Positions 37,626 through 51,167 are shown, counted from the stretch's first letter. The stretch: 64,000 bases of DNA from Octopus sinensis (GCF_006345805.1 NC_042998.1:98518001-98582000), one strand, 5' to 3'. Made by a program: numbers and translations. Notes: generated by a model not told the origin, from the sequence alone.

Positions 37626-39967
37626 TTTTTTTTATTTTTAACAAAAGAGACATTTAAAGGCATCTCATTGCTTAAAGTTATGACTGTACCAACTAATAGT
37701 ATAAGTTAGTGACAAATACTTAGGATATGAACACAACATACAGCCTATGACAAGATTCAAACTTATATCATATTGGGCAGCAGGTTAAGATCCTCTTTAA
37801 GTGACAATGAGAGAGCTTCCATCTAGTCATTCAATCTGCTAGAAATGGCAGCCAAATTCTCAAGAAAAAATGGTACATTTGACAATGTGGCCTGAGATAA
37901 ACAAAAGTCTTAGGAAATCGCAGATGGAGTACATTTGATAAGACTGTGCTGACTTAGGGTTAAACAACAACAAAAATATCATTCTCTCAATTCAACGTAT
38001 TACTACATTTTCATTTGATAAATCTTAAAATTGTTAAATTTAAATAATAGAAATTAATATCAAACATTGGGAAAGACAGAGGAAATGGGTGACATAGTAG
38101 AGTATCAGACAAAATGCCTCAAACTTATTTTGTTTCTTTCTACTCTTTTTGTTCCAAGTTTATAACCCACCAGCTTGTTACCACCAGTTATCCCTGCAGA
38201 ATCAACAAGTATCAGTAATGCACCAAAATAAATTAAATAGAACAAGTCACATTTGGTGGTCTACAAGGCACACAAACTTAAAAAAGGCCCCTTCAATCTC
38301 AGAAGGCCCTTTCTTGAACCATCACTTACCAGTAACCTAAATCCTGACTTTGTGTTTTAAAACAGGTTGAATTTCTGATACATTTTTCTCTCTGAAAATT
38401 ATTTTTCTTTTTGCATAGGAAAAAGAAATCAACACAAGACATGAGGCCTAAAAGTTCAATCATTTACACAGCATGTGCATAGATGTTATCTCTGGATGAA
38501 TGCGGCAGTAAATTGCCTTTCAACAATATATGTACATTCAAGATGATACATAGATGGCTATTTTAATTTCATACTGCTTCTATTGCATATAACAGACTTA
38601 GTTCATTTTAATTTCTTCAGTTACAGTCCTAGTAGCTTAAACTACCAACCCAGATGTAAATACACAGAGTGACATTCTTGTTTTACTTATATACCTTGCT
38701 AACTGTGAGAAGAAGAAACAATGTTCTAGATCAAAGGTTCTCAGCCCATTTTGACCAAAGGTCCCTTTTGACCCTTGGAGTTACAAATTCCCCCACACCT
38801 TAGAAAATATTTTTATTTTTCAATATACTACTTATTTTGATATCAGCAGATAATGATTGAAAAATAAAGGATGTTATCTTACATATGCACTTGTATGCAG
38901 TCAGGAGTACAGATGTACAAATTGAAATGCAAAAAAAAAAATACGAAATAATGAATTGAAAGTTTGGTGATTGCATTTATTTTCACCACACAATACTTAT
39001 GAGATCAATATGCTGTCTATTGAAAGAGTGCTCTTTGATACAAGTAAATGCTGATGAAATCATTCCAAACCTTTCTGATTTCCCTTATCAAAACAGCTAG
39101 AACTTGCGTAACAATCTGATATATAAGTTATTGTCACCCAGGAAGAGGATTTTTTATACTCAAGAAAGAGAGTGTATCTGATAGGAATAGTTGAAATACA
39201 TATGTACTTCATATGAGTAGCAAATTGTGGAGGATGGCATTCACTGTACATGGATCTAGTTAGTTTGAGTCACAAAATCAGCCTCCTTTTAAAATGACGT
39301 AAAAAATCTGAAAATTTGTCATATTAAACATTCATTTCTTATTCAGGATCTAGTTTGTCTCATTCACAAAATCTGTATTTTTTAAAAGGAAGTAAAAAAT
39401 CTGACAATTGGTTATCTTGATGCAGTTTTCCATGCTTATTCCTATAAAGCCATGAACTTCTGGAGAAAAAATTTGACACACGCAAATTTTTTAAATTCAT
39501 TTTAAAATAGGGACAGTTTGAATCTACCAGTCATTTCTCTTTATAATTTCCAAATAATTTTTAAAATCAATATCAAAATTGCTTAAATATGTGTTAAAAA
39601 TTAAGGAAATAGGTTTTTGGGTGATCTCTTATTATGACTGATTTTTATTCCATTATTCTAATATCTTCTGATACTCATACATAAACATGTATAAATGTAT
39701 ACAGAAACATACAAATATATATACATACACACATACATTTTTACAGAGTTAATTTTATATACATCCTTATATATATATATAAATATTTCAGCATATCTAC
39801 ACAATTGTACCCCAAACATCTGCTTCTTCACAACCTTGAGAAAATTACATATTTCTTTTCTACAAATATGCTTCAGGTCATGTAGATTCCAATTAAATTG
39901 GAATTCATTGTGAAAACTGCTTGTCCCTAAAAGAGTTTTAGAAAATTCACACTATTATACTTTGTTT

Positions 39968-40011
<44 letters not shown>

Positions 40012-40109
40012 TGTATATATATGTGGGTGTATATGCACTGTTTTAATTATATCTTTATACACACACATACACACATAAAAAACTGGCACACCATCGGTTA
40101 TGACAATCA

Positions 40110-40340
40110 GAAGTATCCAAAACTTCTTCACCACTCTTTCAAATTCCTTTCTCATCTCAAAAAGAAGACTTTCATCTACTTGGACTATATGTTGTACCAC
40201 TGAATGGCTGTCTATCTGCTAATATTGCTGATGGACATGCAGCATGTCACAGGAATTTCACATATAAAGTCCAGGATCATGTGAAAAAATGTGAAGACTA
40301 CCAATTGAATTTCTTCCATAAAAGTATTTAAAAAATTATG
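40110..40340 (-). mobile_element. Probable Merlin/ISXO2-like DDE transposase remnant
   Basis: IPVTCC..SNISR*TAIQWY followed in another frame by HIVQVDESLLF..RK. Confidence 0.45.
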
Positions 40341-40561
40341 TGGAAATGATAAAGAGAAATGAATGGTAGATTCAGACTGTCTGTATTTTAAAACCACGAA
40401 TTAAAAAAAAAACAATTGGGGGTGAGTGGGAGATTTTTTTTTTTTGCATAATTATATCAATTCTATTATGCAGAATACAGAATGGAAAATACTTTGTAAA
40501 AATTCATAAAAATACAAAAGTTATGAGGGGTTTTAGCATGTGTTTAATCATAATTCTGCTC

Positions 40562-40620
<59 letters not shown>

Positions 40621-41034
40621 GTGTGTGTGTGTTTGTAGTGTGTTTTTCCTATAGTTTTTGTTTACTCATACACATCAACAAATGAGCCAATGAGGTACTC
40701 TGTGTGGTTGTTCAATTTGCTAGAAATAACACCCAAATCTTCCTCATACTATGCTCTTGTTAGTATTCAGGAAAGGGAAACTGCTTACTCCTTTTCCTCA
40801 TTACGATTAAAATAAATACTTTTGATTTTGTTCAGCTCTATGAATTTTAATTTTTTTTAAATGCTTCTATCCATACAGGGAATTAGAAAATCCTGACCAA
40901 AACAGAGAAATTCTAAATATAGAAAGAGAAAGAAAAGGTTCTGTTTTCCAAAGCCAGAAGATGTGTTTTCAGCTGGGGTGTAATTTTATAATTAAAACAA
41001 ATTCAAAATTTAAATTTCAGAACATAAGACTTAC

Positions 41035-41077
41035 CATGTTATCTGGTGTATAGCCACAGTTCAAATGGGTACAAAAC
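41035..41077 (-). other. Candidate 43-nt UNC80 cassette or poison exon
   Basis: tttgttttag|GTTTTG...AACATG|gtaagt, consensus sites at both ends; no transcript evidence. Confidence 0.5.
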
Positions 41078-42760
41078 CTAAAACAAATGTGTGTGTGTGT
41101 GTGTGTTGTTGGGTCTTTAATAGCCAGGGGTCAATTTAAGTTCAATCGTAGAAGGAATTCAAAATGGCAACACACGCAATCATATACATACAAACATACC
41201 CATACATAGACACACATACACAAATACATACCTATTAGCCACCCCCAAAAGTCAGTTTGATCCCAAATTCTGACCACCATACTTTATATATTTGCACACA
41301 AACACACACACAGAGTTAGCTTTTTGCTTTTATTCATTACTTATTTTTCTTTTAGTCATTTGTCACTATTCATCTGTTTTTAGTTTTTGTTTTGGGGGTT
41401 TCACTTTAGTGACACCAGTTACACATGGTACCAGGAATTTGCTTGGTGTCGTCCAAAATGGAAAATGTGTTTTTTAAGTTTTTGAAAATTTGAAACAAAA
41501 AGGCATAGCTTTTTTTAAACTAACTATCACAGAGATGTGAAAATGTGGCTCCTACTCGTAAATTTTAAATTAAACTTATCAAAGACGAGTGTCTTCCAGT
41601 ACCCTACAAGTCTCTTAATGCTCTCTAGTGCCCCTTTGCTCCAAAACACCCCCCTCGAGCTCCAAATGGCCCCATTTATAAAGTGCTATGTAATACTGTA
41701 TTATTTGTTTACAAAATAAACATAAGATAAAAAAAAATTGCCAACTTTTATTATATTCATTATATATATTATTTCCGGTATAAATTAATATTACTAAGAA
41801 ATATTACCGGTCCCTGGCACACTGGAAAAAAAACAAACAAAAAAACTGCCGGTATGCCACATCAGATAGTTTGAAAAGCACTGCTTTAGGTGATAATAAG
41901 TAGTTGGTTTTTCTAGGGAGGGGCTAAATATTGTGTATGAATATGCATGTAAAAGTATATATAAGTGAAAGAGGGGTAGTAGGAAACTGGTTTTACATAC
42001 TACCCTGTATTACCAACGTGAAACCAATTCTCTTTCAATAATCTCAGAATTATATTGCAAAGTATGATTAGAGTGATTAAGCTGAGTATGATTAGAGTGA
42101 TGAAGCTTCTTAACAACATGAATAACAACAACAACATATAAAGTGAATTACAAAGGACTTCTAAATCTACCAGTCTATTTTCTTGTCTTGAAGCTTAACT
42201 ATGACTACTTCAAAAGAACAGGCATTGTTTTTTATTTTGTATTTTATATTGTGAACAATTTATTTTCAGTTGAAAATATGATGCTGACATTTGCAAAATT
42301 CATAAATCATGCACTTTTTGATGCATCATTGGTTTCATACAGTTCTATACTGCTAATGCATACAATAGATATTGTTTCCTAAAGCTCAACAGAAAAAAAA
42401 AAAATCCTAGCATCTAGTGTTTAAAATCCATAAATACTATCATGGACATGCACAAAAGCAGTACTAGTTTCTGGAGAGGTACTGAAAGTAAATACATGAA
42501 TAAGAAAATAATACTGCACTAAATAAGTACTGAAGCAAATATCAATGAAGGAATGCAATTTGGGGTCGATCTTATTTAGAGCAAAATAAGCAGAGAAACA
42601 TTTGATGAAAGGAATGCCCTTTTACTAGTTACTACAGCCAGTAGGGTGTAACTATGTTGGGTTAAAAAGTTCAGCTTTTTTGAGATTGCTTTTATTTCAG
42701 TATTAAGTGTGATTATCTTGGATAAAATGTTTTTGTAACAAAAATAAAATAGCAAAATAA

Positions 42761-43310
42761 CGTTCTATATTTTTGAGATGTGGAATTCTGTATATTGTTT
42801 ACATTGTACAGATATGTATTCTCATCTTGTTTATTGTTACTACGTTTCAGCTGATTTACTTTCCAGACCTCATCAGGTGTCCTGGTAGAATTTTGAACCC
42901 AACCCTGGTTTCTCATTCCTAAGGTATTTTTGCTGATGCTATTATTATTATTATTATTATTTATTCAAGGCACTACCTAGAATTGAACTCGTAATCTTGC
43001 CTATGGGCATATAGCGTAATGGTTAAGAGCACAGGCTACTAATCCCAAGATTACAAGTTCAATTCCAGGCAGTGCCTTGAATAAATAATAATAATAATAG
43101 TAATAATAATAATAATAATAATCATAATAATAATAATCATAATCATAACAACAACAGCAAAAATACATTAGGAATCAAAACCCAGGTTGGGTTCAAAATT
43201 CTACAAGGACACCTAATGAAGGCTGGAGAGTGAATCAGCTGAAACATTGTGGTAACAACAAACAAGATGAGGATACACATCCGTCCAATGTAAATAGGGT
43301 AAATAATATA
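42761..43310. mobile_element. Head-to-head pair of a tRNA-headed, hammerhead-containing short retroelement
   Basis: Plus copy 43005-43310 has A box, B box, (AAT)n and a hammerhead-like body; minus copy 43000-42761 is 5'-truncated just upstream of the B box. Confidence 0.8.
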
Positions 43311-43800
43311 AAGCAAAATAAATTGATAATTGGTTTAATTACATTAAATTGATATCAATGAAGTATTTGGGTAGAAACAAATGGAAATCAACGATACATT
43401 TTAAGCTGAGATGAATAGCTTCATTGAATGGAAATATTTTTTATAAGTGGACTGTACATGCATCATTAGATGTCTGTTGAGAAACAGTCTAAAAAAGAAC
43501 AAAAACACCAAAACACTGCTTATGATTTTTAAAAAACTTATTTGTTTGTTTTCCCTTATAAAATTTACAGATTTCTAACTTCACTTATTACTGAACAAAT
43601 TGACAACAATTCTATTATCAAACTGATTGATTAAAACTATTTCCAAAATCACAAGCTGAATTGTGTTGGCATGCACAAATTCTCTCATGAATTAAAACTG
43701 TATATAAGGTTAATCACTACAATTGGTAGGTCTGCCTGAATCTGATTTCCAAGCTTCAGTGCATCATGATGATATTTTCTGATAATGGTAGGAGATAAAA

Positions 43801-43863
<63 letters not shown>

Positions 43864-45879
43864 TTCTTTTAATCTTCTGACTTTAGATAAATAGCCAGAT
43901 ATATAAATTTTGAGTATATGTTACAGCAGAACTCAAGAAAGTTGTCATTTGTAACTAAGTAAAAGTAGAAATTATTTTCTGAAATCATTTATATCAAAGC
44001 AATATGAAGTATTTGACTAATCTAAAATTATAAGTGGAAGAAAAAAACCCCACTTTATTCTTAATGAATAGGGCAAAACTTTATGAGATATTAACAATAT
44101 TTTAGAAGCATTAGAGGTAGCAGAATCATTAACACATCAGACATAATGGCACTTTTGATGGGTTACATTCTGAGTCCAAATTCTACTGGCATCAACTTTC
44201 ATCCTTTTGGGGTTGATAAAATAAAGTACCAGTCAAGTAGTAGAATCAATGTAATTGACTTGGCCCCTCGAAATTACTGGTCTGGAATGTTGGGTAAGGA
44301 CTGAAAGAATATGATTATGAATAAAAGTGGCTGAAATGAAGTTTTTTCAAAGGATCTCTGAAGTAATGTTACTCAACAGGGTGCATAACTCAGAGATCAG
44401 GGAATCTTTCCAGATTGAGTCATTACTTCAATACATTGAGAAGTTATAGCTCCAGCACAACAGACATCATTAAAATATCACAAGAAAGAAATGCAAGACA
44501 GAGTCTTCAAGTTAAGCCAACTGGTAGGAGACCTCTATACAATTGCTTTTTAGAGGACCAGATGGAGGAAGTGTTTGAGAACTCTACCCTCACAACTGCC
44601 TTAAGAATAGTGAGAGATGTTTGAAAAGTTTAACCTTCTAAGGGATTTTACAATATTCCTAAATAATTATTACAACAGTAAAAACATTTTAAAATGATAG
44701 ATTTAATTAGTTTCTCTTATTTATATTTTAAAATATGTAGCATTGAACTTTCTTAGATTTTTCTATATCCAAACCATTCTGTTGAATGAAAGAAGTGAAT
44801 TTTAAAGGTAACATCAAGGTCAGTGAATACAGATTAGTTGCAAATGAATTACTGATAGTCAAATTGTAATCATTATAGATATCCCAGTTCAAGTTGAGTG
44901 ATAAACTGATTAAGGGTACAGTGAAGTTACAGATTAGTGGTTGCTTTCTGACAACTTCAGAGAAGAGTGTGGATAATAAAATGTTGAGAAAGAAACAGTA
45001 GTTGAATAAATGAAAAATATACAACAGCAAATTTACAAATTTGAAATAATAAACCCATAGCTAATCTTATGGTTCAGGAAAGAAAGAAAAAAGAAACCTC
45101 AAAACACCCACTTATTTGCTGTTTATAGCAAAAGTATTACCAAAAAAAAGGGGTTGCAATAAAGACACAGTTTTGTAGTAATATGAATGTTCCATTGTTT
45201 TTCTTTAAAAATAAACAAAGCTAGTATATTTATCGGTAAAATACTAATTAGCCAATTGAAATCATTTTTAATTTTAACCAATGGAAAGTCAATCTGAGTC
45301 ATTTCTTGAGGGACTATGTCTTGTTAATACATTTCACTTTCAGTTTTATATCTATGGTTTGATCCCTTTTCTAACACCAAATGCTTTACAGATATAATTT
45401 TAACATGCACCAGCACTAGAGATGATGTTACATTTTTGACACGACTAAAGTCATTTTGACTGTACATTGTTTCCACTTGATCACCAACCCATTTGCAGAG
45501 TGTACTGGCTACATTTTATTGTGGTACCAGCACCAGTGAGGTAACCTTGTACCTAGCAAGATGAAAGAGTCTACACTACTCTATGTTGTCTTCATTTGTT
45601 GAAGTCAATGTAACCAAAAGGGCAGATTAGGGTGATAGAAGATGAACAAGGCGAGGCATTAAAGGAAGTGGAAGAAATATTACTGCTTAAGCTTTAGATA
45701 ATACTCTTGCTGGATAATTCAATGAATAGATTCTGGCTGGACAAATCTATATTAATTGTTTTATTTTCTTTTAGTATTTTAATCAGAGGAAGAAGAAACC
45801 ATTTAGCATTTGGATTACTGTCAAATATAATGCTTATTTATTCACTTTGTTTTGCATTTAGAAAGCATTGGTCCTCTCT

Positions 45880-46350
45880 GTTCTCCTCTATAGAACAGAA
45901 ACATAGCACCTCATGCAGACCCTGGCAAAGGAGATTGATGGTTTTGATAGCATAGCTCTGAGAACCATTGAGAACATCAGATGGTGCCATCACATTTCCA
46001 ACGAAGAGCTATGTGCATGCGCACATCAGCTCACAGCCTTCCACCTCATAGCCATGCACTACATTCACTGGAACAGACAAGTCTTCCACTTCCGGCCAGA
46101 TCAAGGCCTTACACTTGCTTGACACAGAAGCTGCAGGCTGGAAGAGGCTCTATGGCAGGCCCTGAACTAGATAGCTGGCCGTGAGTAAGGAAGATGTCAA
46201 GAGGCCTGATGTCATTTTGGAGGATGTAGAAGGGCTGGCATGGGTCTGCCAGCAATAGGGGTTGCTGGCAGACTTGGTTGGCTCTACACATGATGACACC
46301 TCTGGGATCACTAACCTGGAATGACCTCAGCTCCATTGAGCAAGAGCACA
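45880..46350 (+). mobile_element. Old RTE-like LINE 3' fossil
   Basis: TLAKEIDGFDSIALRTIENIRWCHHISNEEL...HW...GWKR..GRP pattern. Confidence 0.65.
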
Positions 46351-46971
46351 ATTGAATAATTGAGTTAGTTTTGAATTAATCATGCATTATTTTGCAGCTC
46401 TGAAATTCTGATGAAATGATTGTTTATTTTTAGAACGACATTGTAGGATAGGTGTGAAAAGCATCATCTGACCAGTCTGAATATGAAACAAGCTGAATAT
46501 TTGGGTTGGATATGACCTATTCAAATGTTAACGAGTTAATAGAAACTTGGGAAAAATTCCTTCTGAATTTGTCTTTTGAATCATAAAATGTAACTTTAAA
46601 AATTTCTTTATAATTGATATCTCATTATAAAAATAATTGGAGTTCAAATGACTTTTTTAGTATGATAGGAAAACAAAAGAGAAAATTTATTAATGGACCA
46701 AATATTAAAATTTAGAGTGTTGAATACAAATTACACATTTCGTCATATAAATAAATATTTTATGGGTTACTAGAATAGATATTTATGGTTGTTTTTGAAG
46801 TTGAACAATAAAAATGGCAACAGAAGACACATTGTTTATTGGAAATAATAGAAGCTTCCAGGAGCAGAGGAATTCTATATTGCTCTATTAACAGCAAGCT
46901 GTAGCAAAAGTCAAAAAATCAATTCAACAAAACAAAACAAACAGTAGCTTCAGATCTATTTCTGAATAAGC

Positions 46972-47016
<45 letters not shown>

Positions 47017-47046
47017 GTAGTAGTAGTAGTAGTAATAATAATAATG

Positions 47047-47098
<52 letters not shown>

Positions 47099-47110
47099 CA
47101 ACAATAACAA
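46972..47110. repeat. (AAT)n/(AGT)n/(AAC)n microsatellite
   Basis: Direct inspection. Confidence 0.97.
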
Positions 47111-47410
47111 CCACTTTGGACAATGTATGAGATGGAGTGAATTAAAATGATTAACAATAACAGTGGTAGTGATGACAATGGTGGAGATGATGATTATGAT
47201 GATGATGATGATGGTTTACAAAAACTTGAAACTTGGCAGCAAACATTGAGAGCAGCAGTAGCAGCAACAGCAGCAGTAGTGGCAGTTTGAGCAGATGCAG
47301 TTAATACCGACCTAAAGGCAAATGTGCTGTGACTGTGAAGAGCAGAGCTAAATGTTAGATATATATGTATATATATATGTATATATATATGGAACAAGAA
47401 TGACCCTTAC

Positions 47411-47425
47411 CTCATGACATCCTTG
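47411..47425 (-). other. Candidate UNC80 microexon (15 nt QGCHE, or 11 nt via the second AG)
   Basis: ttttattgcactgtgcttcag|CAAGGATGTCATGAG|gtaagg; UGC motifs at the acceptor; no transcript evidence. Confidence 0.45.
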
Positions 47426-47792
47426 CTGAAGCACAGTGCAATAAAAATGGTGTAATGCTAATCAAGAATATAAAGCTTCAAATACAGCATAGAAAATAAT
47501 TTATTTTTCAAAAATAAAATTGAAAAAAATATTTAAATAAAAAAACCCTAGAGATTATAGCGCTGTAAATCTGAAATAATTATTATAAAACATTGAAGCT
47601 AACTTAAAATAAATGTTTAAAAAAAGATTATTTCTTTCATGATGTACATTTATGTAAAAAGCGAGCAAAACAAATGAAATGTGCATATGAAAGAGAAAAA
47701 AAACCCTCATTCATTCATATTGCAAAAAAAAAAGTAGAAATATAAATTGTGTGGGGTATAATAATAATAATAATAATATAATAATAATAATA

Positions 47793-47830
<38 letters not shown>

Positions 47831-48374
47831 AATAATAATAATAAGCAACTTTCAGCTTTGATTTTTCTGAAATAATATGCAAGCCCATTTGAAATAATAT
47901 TAGTTGCTGGTGCGAAGAACCTAAATAAAAATGGTGAATGAATGTTTGTTAATCAATGAGATGGCTTTTACTGTTGGATGCAATATTAAAATGTTTGTGT
48001 GTTTGTAGTTACAGGAGATTCTTCATTCCAGAAATGTGAGTAGTATTCTAAAATATTTTCTGGTCCTGAAGAGAAAGCTTTATTTTTGTGAGGCAGTTTG
48101 ACAAGATGAGTGTTTTAAATGTTTAAATGTTTACACCCCTTATCATTAAAATTCTGTATGAAACTAGAAGGTAAATAGTGCCATATGATGATCCAGTGTT
48201 AATTCTGTTTATATAAGGAGTAAAAACTTCATAATGAACACTGTTTAAATGCTTAATTAGAATTCACAAAGACTGAAAAAAAAATACCAAGAACTCATTA
48301 AGAATATCTCTAACATTAATTAAAGTATCTAAAAATAAGAAAATAGAAATAAAAGTAAAATAATATATACAACA

Positions 48375-48510
48375 AATTTCCTGCAGTGGCTGTCTGAAAT
48401 CCAGACAACTGATGAAAGCCACCAAGGAGATAAGCATGGCAGCTGAAACTAGTTTGAGGTGATTTCGGTTGACAAAAGACCACAGTTGGAACCCTTTGGC
48501 AGGTGAAGAC
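48375..48510 (+). mobile_element. HERO-like RLE retrotransposon ORF-end remnant
   Basis: Plus frame GCLKSRQLMKATKEISMAAETSLR*FRLTKDHSW resembles the AIKEISEAAEKASRWLW..W terminus of HERO-type elements. Confidence 0.4.
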
Positions 48511-51167
48511 TAATTCACTCCTCACTGTTTCATTCAGGTGAAGTGTACAGGCTAAGGAACAAAATGCTTGTGACTCTGAGGTTCCTGCTGATGTTACAGA
48601 AAAGTTTCCAACAATGTACTGCATCAGAAGAGCTTGCAATATCTGAGTATCTCCTGCAGTTTCTGCATGGAGTGAAGCATCTCCAATGTTTATTTCTCTC
48701 ATATTATTAATAAAGTACAGATTTTACAATCAACTATCATTTAAACATTTTGAGTGTTGTTATTTATGTAATGAAATATTCCAAAGACTTTTTATAACAT
48801 TTCTTCCTAACCCTTTTCTATTTTCTGTTTTAACTCAATCAGATTTATATACACATTAAATTTTGCTTAACTCCAGATCAGGTTTGATTGAGTAGATCTT
48901 TGATCAAAGGCATTCCAACCATTTCCTCTAGTCTATCTATTACTATGTTATCTAGTGTATCATTTCTTTTTTAGGATCCATACATACAGGCTTGTCCTTT
49001 ACAAGTGCCAGTGCCATGTAAAAAGCACTCAGGACACTCTGTAAAGTGATTGGTATTAGGAAGTGCATCCAGCTGTAGAAACCATGCCACAACAGACAGT
49101 TTGGAGTCTGGCCAGCTCCTATTGAACCATCCAACAGACATTAAACAATGATGACGACAATGATGATGTTTTGGTCTGATTTGAGGCAGATTTGGCTACT
49201 ATATCTAACAGGTTAGCTACTATATCTAACCATGTAGATATCATATTGGCTTTTTCTCTGCTCAAAATTGTAACCAACATTAAGTCCAAAAATTTAGAAC
49301 ATGATGTCTAAGAACAAAGGTGAGGTGGTCATTTATAGAATGCCATTCCAATAGTAGTTTAAATGGTTAACCTCATGTCACAAGAATACACAAACAGAGC
49401 TAACTGGAGGTATTCAACATCAACATAAACTTTTAGTTGAATAGGTTACTGTAGATTAGTTGCTTCAATGATGTCTTTCACATCTCCAAATTTACATGTG
49501 AAACCCAGTTGATGTATTCGTCATTAGTTTTATAGATTGTTCCCATCAGATCAAAGTAACTAGACAGTACAACCATGAGTGTAGCTACGGTAAATGGTAC
49601 CCAGAACAAGCATCAAAATTATGCTCCCACCCCCAATCGAAAAGTGGAAACTTGCATAAAAAAGGAGTCCAGTGGCATGGATGGTGATAAGTAAAACAAA
49701 CCATGCCTGAAAAGGTTTAAACTTTTTTTAATGGCTTAATTAGAAAATGATCTTGGCCAAAATTGCACCCCTCTCAAAGTGGTGCCCAGGACATGTGCCC
49801 TGCTTGCCCCACCCTAGCTATGCCCCTGTGTACAGCACAAGGTGGTTGGTGTATAGTGGGTATATTTGACATCCTTGATATATATAGAGAATCATAATAT
49901 CTCTGTTGATGTAGATTAATTGTGGTCTGCCATAAACTAACCTCAGCTGATTTCTATATACTTTCTGTTTGGATGATAGAAACTGGGCAGTGGTTCAGTA
50001 GGGTCCCCAACAAGGTCTTACTGGTTCTGAACTTGTAGCTGGGAGGATGCTCTCTACACTCACCACACAAGGCTTCATTAGCACTGAAGTTCACTTTTAC
50101 TGATATATAGAAATGTGTTCTTGATTATAGCCATGAGATAATGGATGCTGTATCAGTTATTTGTTTAAAAAGTCTGACAGTATTTGTGTTTCTCATATGA
50201 TGGTGCTGTTTTTGAATGGTCTTCTCTCAGTGAACAAGAAGTGGAACAGTTGCACTTATTATTGCGACAACATCAAAGATATAATTAAATGGCACTAGAT
50301 ACAATTGACATAATTTGATTTTACTGGTTGTCAGTATTCATATAGGCATTATATGTCCATACTGTGGAACAGCATTCAGTTACACTGTAGTATAAGGCCA
50401 TTATAGATGTTCTTACAATAATTTGAGATATTTCCTAGAATATCCAAACTAAATTTCTGGTCAGTATGTTCCTCTTTTTTTGTATTTATGCAATGCTTTC
50501 TAGATAATGTCTGAATGTTAACTGCTAGGAAACCATTAAACTTTTAACACTTTAAACACATCTCTGAGTTTAGCCATTAAGCATCACCAGCATCTTGTTC
50601 AGTTGCTTTTTCTTATTACTTATTTTACTTCATTATTATAGATACGTTTTGATAATGAAACAGGAATATATATTATAAATTTGCAAAAATCATGTATAAT
50701 GACAACTGAGTTCATTAGAATATCAGTTTAAAAAATTTTTTAAAATTTATACTGTGTACCAATAGTGGTACATGGTGCAGGTTGGGTCAGTTACCCGTGT
50801 ACTATATGATATGGTTAAAGTGTTAAACATGTGAAAAACTACAATTTGTTAACAAGAATTCTATGTAATTAAATGCTAAATGTTTACTGAAACTTATAGA
50901 GCTGGATTCAAATTATCTTAGGATCAAAATCTGCAATGAAATGGTCATATAATCAGAAGAAATGCCTCTCATTCACTTAACACCTTGAACATGAGGTTAA
51001 ATTCCAATGCAATGTGACATCTTCTGATATATTGAGGGTGATAAGAAAACAACAAAAAACAACTTAACCAAAATAGTGTTAGGTTAATAAGAAAAGATAA
51101 GCATAATAAACCTTGGAAGCATTGAAAATCAGAAAGCTGATAGAGAAAAGTATGAGAAAATACTTAC

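Noticed and set aside
38330-38391. Exon-like segment ending in GTAAGT
   Set aside because: Purine-rich acceptor region, and the phase does not fit the next exon.
41440-41885. hAT-like MITE end (GTTTGAAAAGCACTG), and a similar end near 49770-49828
   Set aside because: Only one terminus recognisable, with no matching TIR or TSD, so not called as features.
43005-43078. Possible tRNA gene
   Set aside because: Anticodon and T stems pair poorly and it is fused to a repeat body, so it is treated as a SINE-type head.
47880-47925. Strong-looking acceptor giving VLRTSN-stop (alternative last exon)
   Set aside because: No paired donor or other support; such acceptors arise by chance in AT-rich introns.
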